DNA of 64,000 nt from the human T2T-CHM13v2.0 reference genome, Homo sapiens (GCF_009914755.1 NC_060931.1); one strand, 5' to 3'; positions 1-16,555 are shown, numbered from the stretch's first letter. The notes: generated by a model not told the origin, from the sequence alone. Numbers and translations are program-made.

Positions 1-171
1 GGAAAAAGTTTAGTTGCGGCCAGATAGCAATGGTGTGAGGGACATATCATGTTTGAGGAATAGAATAAGACTTCATTTAAGGTTTAAGTTGGCAAAATCA
101 GGTAAGTTGGGCAAAATCATTTTGGCTAGAAGGTTACTGTGTGTAAAGGCAGGGAGGATGACAATACAGAC

Positions 172-223
172 AGGTAGGTTGAAGGAGATACAAGAAGGTA
201 GGTTGAAGGAGATACCAGAAGGT
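172..223. repeat. Short tandem duplication, 2 x 24 bp
   Basis: aggtaggttgaaggagatacaaga / aggtaggttgaaggagataccaga. Confidence 0.85.
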
Positions 224-1624
224 TAAGCTTATGGATAAAACCAGTAATTATGGAAGATTAGGGATAGACTGTAAGAAATGTGTTTTGCTAAGCGTGTGTT
301 ATCCTATATAGGTAACATTTAGTAAAACAATGTTTACAAACCAGAGAATGAAAATCAAATTTTCATACTCAAGTAAAGAATAATTCCCCTCTCTCTAGCT
401 ACATACATCTCAGAGATGAGTCATGTGACTCAATGATCAGGTTTCTCATATCCAACTAAGTGATGAACTAGCCTCAAACAGAGGAAGAAGGAACTAAAAA
501 CACAATTAGCAGAAATCATGGTTCAATTTTTGATTAAAAATCACTTCTGCTTACAAACAGGTGTCCTTGAGACAAAGGATATTTTAGGCAAATGGCTGAG
601 GGAACATCTTTCCAGATAAGTAGAGCCTATCTCTACAAGAAACCTTGACTTTTTGGGTTTAGTTGATGTTTCTTTTTCTCTTTCAATTGACAGAGATTTT
701 ATACTTTAGCAAAGATTCATAAAGACAGTCTCTAGCAAATCTTTCAAATACCTTCTTGAGAGTGTAGAACCTTGAGGTAGCATATATTATGAAAGGACTA
801 CCTGAAGTTTTTTTCACTTCAGTATTTATTTAGCAGATGTTAATAACCACATATATTAATATTTGCCCCAATATCAGAACCCTTATAGTATGTGAAGATG
901 GATCAGATGATTTGTCTAAGGGAAATCTATATTATTCCTTAGTAACAGTTTCTCGTGTTTTAATACACTTGAGGTTGCTAAATCTAAATTATTTCTTATT
1001 TGATTTAATATCATGGCTTCCTGTCCTACTTAGTGAAAACAAAGAACACCTGCTCACTCTTACAGACACAGTGCTCTTTTGTATACTGAAAGATTAGCAT
1101 TAAATCTTGTCAACCTTATTTTCCATGGGCTAAATTGAGTTCTTTTATTTTCAAAGCTGGAAAGAATTTTGGAATTTACAATATGCAATTATTCAAACTC
1201 CCAACCTTTTACCAAATGTGTACTTGGCCCAACAGAGAACCACACACCACATCTCCTTCCTTCTATACATTTTTTTTTTAAACAAGAAAGGCCTTTTTTT
1301 GAAAAAACAAAATGGGGTAGAAGAAAAACAAAGTATTATCCTAAGTGGATATATTTTCCTTGACATTAGCTTGTTAAAAGATCAAGATTAGAAGCTTTGT
1401 TATTTGCATGATGGGAGGATTAAGGATAAAGCAAGGAAAAGAAAAGTAAGATGTGTCAATCATTCTCCAGTTTTTCCTGACATCTCTATTTAATAATGAT
1501 ATGAAGGGGGCATTAGGCAAGCCGTTAGTAGTCTACGCTCCTTGAGAGCAAGAGCTATTGTGTAGTAGACAGGGTAATTCATTTGTACCACATAGAGTCA
1601 CTTAAATGAGTATCTTTAAGACAT

Positions 1625-1750
1625 TTTTTTTCACCAGTTTTTTATTGAAATTACTATATTTAAAGTATGCATCCTGATGTTCTGATACATAGTGAACTGA
1701 TCACTACAGTCAAGCTAATTAACATATCCATTTCTTGACTGTTACCATTT
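1625..1750 (-). mobile_element. L1MA-type 3' end fragment
   Basis: T-rich start followed by actacagtcaagctaattaacatatccat, resembling the reverse L1MA 3' UTR. Confidence 0.6.
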
Positions 1751-2067
1751 TAAAAAAATCTCTAAGCCTTCTTAATCACAGTTTCCTTCACAGTCTATTG
1801 TAAACACTCACCAAGTATTTGTTGGTTGGATGATTGGCTGGAAAGATGGATGGATGAATGAATGGGTGGGTGGATGCTTAGAAAAATTAGAAATAAAAAT
1901 GTAAACCTAAAATTAATACTTCACTGTGGTGAAAAGAGAAAAAGTCTTGATAACTAAATTACTGCCAAAATTTGATAACAGAGAATGATGGTAATTAATT
2001 CTACAGTGTGTTGTTTACTTAACAGTCTCTCAAAATCTATGAAACTTTCATCCTTCCATATCTGGAA

Positions 2068-2567
2068 TGTAACAGGTAGAATACTGGCTTCCCAAAGATG
2101 CCCAGATCCTAATCCCCAGGACTTGTGAATATGTTTTTACCTTAAATGGCAAAGGAGAATTAAGGTAGCAGGTGAAATTAAGATTGCTAACTAGGCAATT
2201 ATTCACCTATCCAGGTGGGCCCAATACAATCACAAGGGTTCTGAAACACGGCAGAGGAAGGCAGAAGAGTCAGTGTTGATGTGAAAAGGACTTGACCAGC
2301 CATTACTAGCTTCATAATTGAAGAGAGAAACAAGTCAAAGAATGTAGGCAACCCGCAGAAATGGGAAAAGGCAAAACAAAACACACAACAAACAGATTAT
2401 CCTCTAGAGCATCTAGAAAGGAACAGAACCCTGCTGAGAGCTTGATTTTAGCTCACAGAGATCCATTTTGAACTTTTGACTTCAGAACTATAAGATAACA
2501 AATTTATATTGTTTTAAGTCACTAAGTTTTTGGTAAACTGTTGCAGCAGCAACAAGAAACTAATGTG
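2068..2567 (+). mobile_element. MaLR solo LTR (MLT1D-like)
   Basis: cccaaagatg..cctaatccccaggacttgtgaatatgtt ... ctctagagcatctagaaaggaac ... tttaagtcactaagttt..gcagcaacaagaaactaat. Confidence 0.8.
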
Positions 2568-3800
2568 TAGACAATGAAAGCTAAAATTTCATCATAAAGG
2601 AAAATTAAATTTACCTTTTAAATTTCTCCTCATAAGTGTGTGATTTAAAGATATTTTTACATATTGATTTCTATCATCAGCTTTGCTTACTTTGTGTGTG
2701 CTTATATCTTGCACACACCTGAAGCATTCTGCTTGTAAAAAATATTTTGAAATGCTTAATTTTCTCTCATTTTGTATTAATGTAGTTAAAGTTTTGACTT
2801 TTCTTACAATAAACTGAAAAATTTTTTTAAAGGTTTAACAATGAAGCTGATTATTTTGGTTACCAGAATGAAGACCATTATGTTTATATTACTAACAAAG
2901 TTCAAGTTCCACACAACCTAACAATTAAGAATTATTTCTGCTATTTCAAAGCCTTTCTTGAAGATTCCAAAAGACATAATCAAGTTTGTCAGTCACTGTA
3001 TTTTTCAAGGCTCAATTAAGGATAGTGTCTTTTATTAATATACATAGATCACTTTTCTTGTTTATAAGGTATTGATTTCATCCTTCTTAGATAGAGCAAT
3101 ATACTCCAACACAGCTATATCTGTGTTTTTAATATGTATATAGACAGGAAAGCATCACTATTCTTGATCTATTGCCCTCAGCCATAAATTATGAATAGCA
3201 TAACCTTTACATTACTTTATCAAAACAGTTTCTATTAGAGGATACTGCTTGAGTAGCTTTATCATTTTTCTTTTTACTAGTCTGATTATAATAATGCTTG
3301 CCATTTATGGAGAATCTATCAACTGAGTGTCTTGGAATGCTTTGTGAAATTTAAATCAATTCCCACATCACCCCTCAAAGGTAGGCACTATTTTGTTATG
3401 TAAACTTGGCACTGAAGTTAAATAAATATCTAGAGGCAAATCACTTCAAATCACTTCAAGATAACAACAGACACTTTCAATTTTATATCGCCCCCCTCAA
3501 TTCAACATATTATCTCCTTAATTATTTCATAAATATAACAAATTTAGTTTTGTTCTTAATCTTTGGTTATTAAGTACAATAAGAATTTTTAGAGCCAATT
3601 CAATGTCAGTCAATCCATAACATACGGTGGTCGGATGGAAAAGAGGGAGGTATAAACAATATCTAGACTTGGACAATTATTTTAGCTGTATCCTTAAAGT
3701 GAAGAGCATGGAACATAAAGTTATGGCAAAATGTTTTGGGATTGGCTAGCTAATTCATGGACTACTGATAGATGTGGGTATTTAAATTAAAAACCAACTA

Positions 3801-4045
3801 CAGGTTGTGCATTCCTAACCTGAAAATCCAAAATCAGAAATGCTCCAAAACCCTAAACTTTTTGAGCATCCATATGGTACTCAAAGGTCGTGCCTAAAGG
3901 AAATGCTCATTGGAGCATTTTGGATATCAAATTTTTGGATTAGGGATGATCAACCATTAAGTATAATAAAAATATTCCAAATTCTGAAAAAATAAAAAAA
4001 CTAGAATACTTCTGGTTGCACTTTGGATAAGGGATACTCAACCTG
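3801..4045. mobile_element. Tigger4/MER46-type TcMar MITE
   Basis: TIRs caggttgtgcattcc... and ...gataagggatactcaacctg, with TA on both sides (3799-3800, 4046-4047). Confidence 0.85.
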
Positions 4046-4198
4046 TACCACCTTAAACTGTGAAGGTGAGCTCTTGTTCTTCATATGAATAAGGGATCCA
4101 TGCAAGGTCTAACAATCACAACATAATAATGTACCAAAATAACACTAATGAAAACCTTTCCAAGTTGGAATACTTATATACTGTTGGTGGGAATGTAA

Positions 4199-4542
<344 letters not shown>

Positions 4543-4756
4543 TGGAGATTTCTTAAAGAACTAAAAATAGAAATATCATTAGATCCAGCAATCCCACTAC
4601 TAAGTACCCAAAGTAAAAGAAATCAGTATATCAAAAAGACACCTGCATGCCTACGTTTATCACAGCGTTAGTCACAATAACAAAGTCATAGAATCAACCA
4701 AAATGTCTATCAACAGATAACTGCATAAAATTTTTAATTGCATAAACATATGTGTG

Positions 4757-4783
4757 TACACAGACACACACATACACACACAT

Positions 4784-4817
<34 letters not shown>
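4757..4817. repeat. (CA)n microsatellite
   Basis: Direct reading; interrupted 5' part and pure 3' part. Confidence 0.95.
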
Positions 4818-4821
<4 letters not shown>

Positions 4822-5625
4822 CACTACCCAGACATAAGAGAGAATGAAATTATGTCTTTTACAGCAACATGGATGGAGCTGGAGGCCATTATCCTAAGTG
4901 AAATAATTCAGAAACAGAAAGTCAAATACAGCATGTTCTCACAAATGGGAGTGAAACAATGGGTATACATAGATATATGGAGAGGAAGGGAATAATAGAC
5001 ACTGGAGACTCCAAAAGGGGGCAGTGGGAAAGGAGGGTGAGCACTGAAAAATTACTTACTCGATATGATGATCACTATTCAGGTAATGGGTACACTAAAA
5101 GCCCAGACTTCACCGCTATGCAGTATAACCATGTAACACGACTGCACTTATACCCCCTGAATTTATAGAATTAAAAAAAAAAAAACTTCCCAATTTGCCA
5201 TTTTATATGTATGCAAACTAGTCAGTAGTCACTTAAGCAATGGGAAAGGAAGATGGACAGGGAGTATGAGGTTGAGAAATCTCTGCGATACATTTTCATA
5301 TGCTCAAAAAATCAAATAAATTCAGAAAAGTAAATAACACAGGAAGATAGTGGGGAATAAGGTCAGGACATGGAATGATTCATGGGCAGAAGAGATGTTA
5401 TGTGACTTGTTCATGGCCTCATGGCTACTATGGCAGAGCCAATACCAGAATTAATGTCTTCAAAATCAGGTTTCAAAGTTTTCAGTTTGTCATGCTGAAT
5501 AACCAACTAATTTGAATCCTGCTCTTCTGATCTAAGGAGTTCTTGACTCATACAACGCATATAATACAAACCATCAGGGAATAAGAGTGTTTTCTCATAC
5601 CACTGCTAAAGGCAACAGAGGTAAA

Positions 5626-6485
5626 TATTTTTTTCCAGCTTTATTGAGGTATACTTGACAAAATTATACATATTTACACTATACAACATGTTTTAATATC
5701 CATCTAACATAGTTTTTGTGTATGTACTGAGAACATTTAAGATATATTCTCTTAGCAAATTTTCAAGCGTATAATTCATGATTATTAACTATAGTCACCA
5801 TGCCATACAACAGATTTCTGGGACTGATTCATCTTAACGAAAACTTTGTAGCCTTTGGCCAACATCTTCCCATTCCTCATCCCCTCCATGCCTATGACCC
5901 TGGTAACCACCATCCTACTCTCTGCTTCTAAGAGTTTGGCCTTTTTAGATTCTACATGTAAGTGACATCATGTGGTATCTGTCTTTCTGTGCTTGGCATA
6001 TTTCATTTAGCACAATGTCTCCCAGCTTGATTAAATGACAAGATTTCTTCAGTTTTTAAGGCCGAATAAAATCCTACTGCATATATGAAAGAAATGCTCA
6101 ACATTGCTAATCATCAGGGAAACGCAAATAAAACCACCTCACACCTGAATGGCTATTACCAACAAGATAAAAGATAAGAATGGCTATTATCAACAAGATA
6201 AAAGATAAGCATTGGTGAGGATGTGGGGGAAAGGGAACCCTTGCATATTGTTGGTAGGAATGTGCATTAATATAGCCATTTCAGAAAACAGTATGCAGGT
6301 TCCTCAAAAAAAGTAAAAGTAGAATTACTATATGATTCAGAAATCCCACTTTAAGGTATATATCCAAAGGAAATGAAATCTGTATATAGAAGAGATATCT
6401 GCACTCCAATGTTCATTGCAGCTTTATTGACAATAGCCAAGATATGAAATCAACCTAAATGTCCATCAGTGAATGAATAAAATGG
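5626..6485. mobile_element. L1MA element with inverted 5' part (minus ~5626-6087, plus ~6088-6485)
   Basis: Reverse L1MA 3' UTR (ctttattgaggtata..gacaaaatt) switches to forward ORF2-end sequence (aaatgctcaacattgctaatcatcaggg..aaatgtccatcagtgaatga). Confidence 0.8.
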
Positions 6486-8044
6486 GGTGGATATTCTAAA
6501 GTGACTTTGAATAGCTCTGAGATACACAGGACTTATTTTATTAATATAGTGACTAAAAGAGCTTAGTAATACACTTGAGAATGTTTCAATTTACTTCTAT
6601 TTCAGGTAGAAGACTAAACATACTAGAACTTCACTCGCTGTAGGATCCAAATTGTACATTATTCTATAATTGTTGTTCTAGTTTATTACTTGATTAGGGA
6701 TATCAGGCATCCAAACAAAAGTAACTAATTCTGCTTTCTAGCATAACTTTGCATAGGAGAAATGAAACCAAATTAAGCACATTTCAGATTTATTCATTTG
6801 TTCACCTATCCCTCCAACATTAATTGGACATACACTGTGAGTCAGAAACTGCTAGACAGCTGCTGTTGCTAAAGTGCATAATATGTCCATGGCCTTACCC
6901 TCAAAAGGATAACAATACAGTAGATGCCACTATGAACTGGAAAAATTTAATTTGCATCTTTGTGCCACAGTTGCTTTATCTGGAAAGTGAAGAGATTGGA
7001 TTAAATGAGCTCCAGTGTCCTTTTAAACTCCAAATTCTACTAACCAATAAAACAGAAATAGCCAGAAATAACAGTTAGTTTTGTTTCTTAATTAATTATA
7101 GATAAAATATCACATGAATTATGTAAAAACTAAACTAATTTATCTAGTAGCTTTTCTTCAAAATTCAGCTGAACATAAAATTTCAGTTTCACTGACTTAG
7201 GAAGTACAGTTTGCAGCGAACTCAATCCCATCAGCACCTTGAAAGATAACCTCTACTCTCCCATCACTAGATACTCAGCTTTTAATTTATATGAAAAAAG
7301 GCACTGACTATTCTGGCTAGGTTGTTTGTTTTATTTGTCCTAAGGATTACAAAAGCATCGACTTTGGTGTGATGCACACATGCAGGACACCCCTACCAGC
7401 TTCCTGAACATCCCCTTTTTTTCTTCCTGAAACAATTCTGATTTTGTTCAAAGCAACAATTGTTAAATAAATGTACAATCTTCTAAACCTTTTCTGAACC
7501 TAAAGATGACTATGTGACACTAGTTTAAAAGATAACTAACCATTTAAAGAATGTAAAAACAATGTAGTGTGGGTTTGTAACATATGTAAAAGTACAATGT
7601 ACAATGCATAACAATAACTCAAAGGATGGGAGGGAAGAACTAGAGGTATAATATTGTAAGGTTCTTAAATATACATTAAATGTTATAATATTACTTGACT
7701 TAGCCTCTGATGAGTTAAAACAACATAAAATAACAAGACATTTATCAGTAACAGAGCAACAAAGAAGAAAAACTAGAATCTTAAAGAACATTCAACCTAA
7801 AAAAAGCAGAAGAGGAGAAACGGGATAACAGAAGAGAAAGAAAAAACATCTAAATGACAGATTTAAGCTTAACCATATCAATATTCATATTAAAATATAA
7901 TTGAAATAACCCAGTTAAAAGGCAGAGGTGTGTCAGAATGGATAATAAAGACACAATTATATGTTGCTTCAAGAAATATAGTCTAAGTGTAAAGAAACAA
8001 ATAGATTAAAAAATGGGAAAAATAGAACATGCTAATACTAGTCA

Positions 8045-8302
<258 letters not shown>

Positions 8303-8810
8303 TTAATGAGAAGGAAATCGTAATCCCATCTATCTATACACTGCCATATCAGATATTCATAAAACATGAGGCAAAAAAAGATAAAACAAATACAAAACTA
8401 TAGCAAGATATTTCAATACCTAATAGCTATATAATATAATATTTACACCAAAGAGCTCAATGGGACAGAATAGAGAGTCCAGGAATAGGCTTACAGATAT
8501 ATAGATAATTGATTTTTCACAAATATGTTAAGTAAATTCAGTGGAGAAAGCATTTCAACAGACTGTGCTAGAACAACATGTTCAAATAAAAACTTTGATC
8601 TATATGTAGCTCTAGATCTGAAAATTAACTAAAAATAAATCAAAGACTAAATGTAAAAATCTAAAACTATACAGCTTCTAGAAGAAAACAGAGGAGAATT
8701 CCAACTTTGGGTTTGGTGAAGATTTCTTAGATACAGCACCAAGAACCTGAGCCAAAAAGAAAAAAATCATAAATTGGACTTAATCAAAATTAAAAATTTT
8801 TGTTCTTTGA

Positions 8811-10994
<2,184 letters not shown>

Positions 10995-13067
10995 AAGAGA
11001 ATAACAGGACAAGCCAAAGACTGAGAGAAAAGTATTTATATCACACTCTCATAAAGAAGGTATAAATAATATGACCTTTCCAAATTCAAAAATGAGAAAA
11101 CAAGCAACCCAGTTAAAAACTGGGGAAAATATTTGAACAGATTCTTCACAAAAGAAAAGCTGCAGATGGCAAAAAGATGCTAAACATCATTAGTGTTTTT
11201 GCTAAGTGCCAATTAAAACCATAATGAAATAACAATATATACCTATTAGAAGGCATTAGTACAGTGTACATGTCTAACATTTGTTCTACCCGAGACAGAG
11301 GAAAACCTCTATTATTCTGAGGAAATAGTAAAATGTCAACTACTTTTACTATAATCACCTACAAAGGACACCATAGAGGATGCTGTGCATAATATGATCA
11401 GCCCCTGTAAGTGGTGATAAGGAAAGAAATACTTTCCTCTACCTCTACAGTGAAGACTCAGGCCAACTTCTCAGAGAATGACCAAGGCAGACACACCGAG
11501 CAACAACTTTCAAAGTCAGGCATGGAATGACAGGTAGAAACCCATAACACTTCAAAGCATGTGATTAATAAGCCAGACCTAATTAGAAAGAATTTGCATC
11601 TTATGTGAATTAGCCCTGGACCTTTCCCTGTCTGCGCTCCTGCTTCGTCACTGGTGTGGTGACTGAGATATGATTATAAAGTCTCATGAAGAATTGCTAT
11701 CTGAAAGGATTTAAGCCATATGTAGCCAATACATGTAACTGGACCACGGAATTAAAATTTTTTCTCTAATTATCTAGTTTATAAGTAGTTATCATGGAAC
11801 TTCTAAAAAACTTATGAAGTAACAGATGAGGAGTAGATTAAAGATGTTTTATTGAATAATTAACTATACTAATTTTTCACAAATAATTACAAAAAAATTA
11901 ATAATCACTTTAGGCCTTTCCTTAACTCTCACAGACAAAATTTATATTGGGGATTTAAGAATGCCAGCATTATATATCTACATGTGAATGAAGAAAACAT
12001 TAGAGAAGCTCCTCGTGAAATCATAATCACAGGTATTTTTCTTCAATTTGAAAGCAAAATTTAATGGCTAATTTTATTGAAACAGCACTAAATGACTGAC
12101 TGATGCTTTACCTAGTGAATTAATATCATATGCTGCAAGATGGAATGGAAATTCTTTTGCATCCTATGTATGTCTAATTCAACTCTTCATATATAGGAGA
12201 CTTTTATATTTGTGGTACAACTTTTCTTAAAATCACAGAAAAGTTATCCTTCCTCCTTAAATCCTTTCAGATAGCAATTCTTCATGAGACTTTATAGTTT
12301 TATCTATGCTTTCCCCATCCCCATGGAAGCAGAGGACTCAGCATCCTTCTGTATATACTGAAGATGTGGTATTAAGGCCATGAACTCAATCTATTAATGG
12401 ACAATAGGTTCCTTCTGTTTGTAGAAATGTTTTTATAGCAAAATTTCTAAAATGAAAGAAAAGTTATTTTGGCAAACCCTCCAAAAATTTTTTTGTACTG
12501 AAGATGACCCTTTATCAAGTTAAAGAGTTACCCAGGAGTATATACTACCCAATATTTCACTGTGAAAGACTCAATGGAAAATGCATTGCCCACAAATAGA
12601 TGTCCCTTGGGACTGCTATTTAGATTTTTATATGGCTATGTTAGGCAAAACTTGCTTTTCAAGTTTTTCAGGACAAAATTATCTTCATTATGATAAACTA
12701 TATACTTAGGGATGCTTGACTGGTCAGCTGTTTACCTGCTAGGACATAATCATAATTGTTTCCTGAGAAAAAATCCTTGTTCTGCCTCCAGGTATTCCCT
12801 TAGCACCTGGTGGAGGGTTGGCCATCAATTCGGATGAAAAATCTCCATATGCCACCTCTATTTCCGTAAATAGGTATTTGCATCTGCCATCCACAAACAA
12901 AATTTGCATGCCAAGTACTTGCCAAATAATATAACCTTCAACTGCCCAATGTCTACGAAATTTGAGCTATCATTTCACAAACCTACAGGTTATGATATTT
13001 TTCTTACAACAAAGAGTCACTAGGTTCTGAACCTGTCCGCACATTTGTGTCAATGATGCTATTTATA

Positions 13068-13200
13068 CCAGTGCTTCTCAACTCTGTATGCACATTAGCA
13101 TCCCCTTGGAAGTGTTTAAAATACTCCCTCCTTGGCATACCCCAAACCAACTAAAGGAAATGCTTGGACCTAGAAACTGAATCTTTTTACAACCTTCTCT
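13068..13200. mobile_element. MER5-type hAT relic
   Basis: ccagtgcttctcaactctgtatgcacattagcatccccttgg. Confidence 0.6.
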
Positions 13201-13496
13201 GACCAGGCATAGTGGCTCATGCCTGTAATCCCTACACTTTGGGAGGTTGGGATGGGAGGATCACTTGAGCCCAGGAGTTCAAGACCAGCCTCGAAACATT
13301 GTGAGACTCCATCTCTATACAAAACAAAAAATTGGCTGGGCATAGTGGCATACAACAGTAGTCCCAGCAACTTGGGAGGCTGAGGTGGGAGGATCGCTTG
13401 AGCCTGGGAAATTGAGGCTGCAGTAAGCCATGCTCTCCGGCCTGGGCAACAGAGTGAGACCGTCAAAAACAAAACATAACAAAAACAAACAAAAAA
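13201..13496 (+). mobile_element. AluJ
   Basis: Diverged dimer with the AluJ motif gaggatcacttgagcccaggag. Confidence 0.9.
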
Positions 13497-14104
13497 CCCT
13501 CTTCAGGCAGCTCTTTTTCTAACAACTGTCAGAAAGAATGTTTTCATAGCAACATTTCTAAAATTAAAAAATCATTTTGGTAAAATACCCAAAATGTACT
13601 TTGTACTCAAGAATACCATTCAACAAACTAAATAGTTACCAGGAATATATTACACAGTAATTCATTCACAAATAAAAGTGCACTGGCAGCCAGATAGTAC
13701 CCTAAGAAGATTCAAACATTTTATAAAATGATATAAACTGTATATCTAAAATGACTATGTATAAAAATACTTTAGCTTAAATAATATTTGATTTCTGAAA
13801 AATCTCTGCAATGACTGAACCTGCAATTTCTTCAAATGGTTTTCACTGTAAGAATAAAAATAAGAAATTTTATCTTCTATTGCACTGGGTTACTTTTGAA
13901 CAGAGTATTCAGACATACACACTTACTGGAATACATTCTAAAGACAAATCAAATGGCAAAAAAAATGTTTATCTTTACTATGTAAGTTTGTTGGTGGTGG
14001 CACTGACACGGTATTTTTGAAATTATTTACGCAAAATGAGTAAATATATTGATGTCGTTGAGAAGCAGTAAACTCATGTTTTAAAAAAAAATGTGTATTT
14101 CTTG

Positions 14105-14382
14105 GGCTGGGAACAGTGGCTCATGCCAGGAATCCAAGCAATCTGGGGGGCTGAGGTGGGAGGATTTCTTGAGTTCAGGAGTTTGAGACCACTCTTGGCA
14201 ACATAGTAAATCCTTGTTCTACCAAAAAATCTAAAAATTTGCCCAGCACGGTGGCATACACCTATGGCCTCAGATACTCTGGAAGCTGAGGTAGGAAGAT
14301 CTCTTGAGCCTAGCAGGTGGAGGCTGCAGTGAGCCACGATTGTGCCACCGTACTCCAGCCTGGGTGATAGAGTGAGACCCTG

Positions 14383-14419
<37 letters not shown>
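14105..14419 (+). mobile_element. AluJ with A32 tail
   Basis: Diverged dimer; pure A run at 14388-14419. Confidence 0.92.
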
Positions 14420-14422
<3 letters not shown>

Positions 14423-14789
14423 TATTTCTCAACTAAGAAGTGTTGATACATATGTAGAATGTTAGTTTCTAAATTCCATCATCACTAAAAACAACCAGTG
14501 CTAATAACAGGCCTGGGGCAGGGAGAGTACAAGTTGAGCCTCTAAAATTTCATGTCCCAGAAAGCAAAGACCAATAGGTACATGATTTAAAAGAAAAAAA
14601 AAACATATTGGTGCTGTGGGGGAAATTTTTAAAAAAGGAAAAGGAAGATAGTAAAGGAACACACATATGCAAATGCATACACACAACTTTGACACAATCT
14701 GATCATGAAAAAATAACAGACACAGACTATAACACATAAATTTTTTTTAAATCTATGAATCTTTAGCTAAAACACTGAGTGAAAGGTGG

Positions 14790-15350
14790 TTAGAGAAACT
14801 CTAATAGTAACACCCCACAGCTTATTAAAATCAAAACAGAAAATGATATCTTTACGATGGAGAGAACTGGCAGATGCCACCTTAACCAAGTGATAATACT
14901 TAATTAAAATCCCCAATATTAGAAAAAACTGTCACTCTGTAACTTTTGATAAGATGCAACGGGAAGCACAAAACATTATGTAGGTGGATGCTTGGCAAAG
15001 ATGTTTACCTAAAACCAGTCATGAAAAAAATAGTCTTATTTTTTTCTTATTCTGGATTTTTCTAATCCAGAATAAAGAACATTTTATAAGACTAATTTGG
15101 ATGCTTAAAAATGTCATTATAATAAAAGTAAAAAAAAAAGGTGGTGGGAGCATCTAAAATAAAGGAGACTGAAGAGCTACAACAGCCCAGTGCAATGTAT
15201 GATCCTGGATTCTATCCTAGACTGGGGGAGAATACCAGCTTTTATTGACATGTTGGGATAATTAGGGAACTCTGAATATTGACTGCATAGCACATATTTC
15301 TGAATCAATATTAAATTTCTTAGGTGTAATGAAGAAATTGAAGTGATGTA
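14790..15350 (+). mobile_element. L1MC/L1ME 3' UTR relic
   Basis: tggcagatgccaccttaaccaagtgat ... tgcaatgtatgatcctggatt. Confidence 0.6.
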
Positions 15351-15351
15351 A

Positions 15352-15687
<336 letters not shown>

Positions 15688-15774
15688 AGAAATGTTAATT
15701 TCTTAAACAGTATATGCTGAGGCATTTCATAAAATATTTAAAAGCCTTTTTTATTATAAATGTTTATAATAAAC

Positions 15775-16320
15775 ACTATAGACGTTTTACGTTTTAGAAT
15801 AATTTAAGACTTACAGAAAAGTTGCAAAGATAGTATAGAGACTTTCTGTACACTCAGTTTCCCTCAGAATGAATAGTATACATTACCATGGTACATTTGT
15901 TATAACCAAGAAACTTACATTGGCACATTACTATTAACTGAATTCCAGATTTTATTTGGATTTCACAAGTTTGTTCATCAATGCCTTCTTTCTGTTCCAA
16001 GGTCCAATCCAGGGCAGCATATTGCATTTCGTTGTCATGTCTCCTTAGTCTCCTCTGATTTGTGACAGTTTCTCACTTTTCTTTTTTATGACCTTGACAG
16101 TCTGGAAGAGTACTGGCCAATTATCCTGTATAATGTCACCAATCCATGTTTGTCTGATGATTAGCCTGGGTTTTGGGGCAAGAATACCACAGGGGCAAAG
16201 TGTCCCTTCTCAAATCATAATAGAGAGCATAGGATATCCACATGACATCAGTGGTAGTGGTCATCTTCATCACTTGGTTATCAAGAGAGTATTGGCAGCA
16301 TATGTTTCCCCCTTAGGTTA
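15775..16320 (-). mobile_element. L1M 3' UTR relic
   Basis: acagaaaagttgcaaagatagtatagag..., tgaccttgacagtctggaagagtactggcc. Confidence 0.65.
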
Positions 16321-16555
16321 CTGAGGTCTGTTTCTTTTCTCATCACCCCTTTCAGTGGAGCTATGTCATACCTGTAGAGTACAACTAATTTCATCTGTCT
16401 CAGTCTCTATCCTATGTTGGCACCCTTTTGATGCTGCTGGTTGATGTGTTCATTAGGGAAGTGTGTGTGTGTTCATGTTAGTGTGCATACATTAATGTAC
16501 ATTCTTTGTAACATAAAGTTCTATACCTCTTGGCAAATACATACAAGTATGCATC

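Noticed and set aside
12739-12860. Minus-strand YGDFSS peptide faintly resembling the QGDFTT of the 112-nt exon (mutually exclusive exon?)
   Set aside because: Similarity is limited to 3-4 codons, there are no suitable splice sites, and a stop follows.
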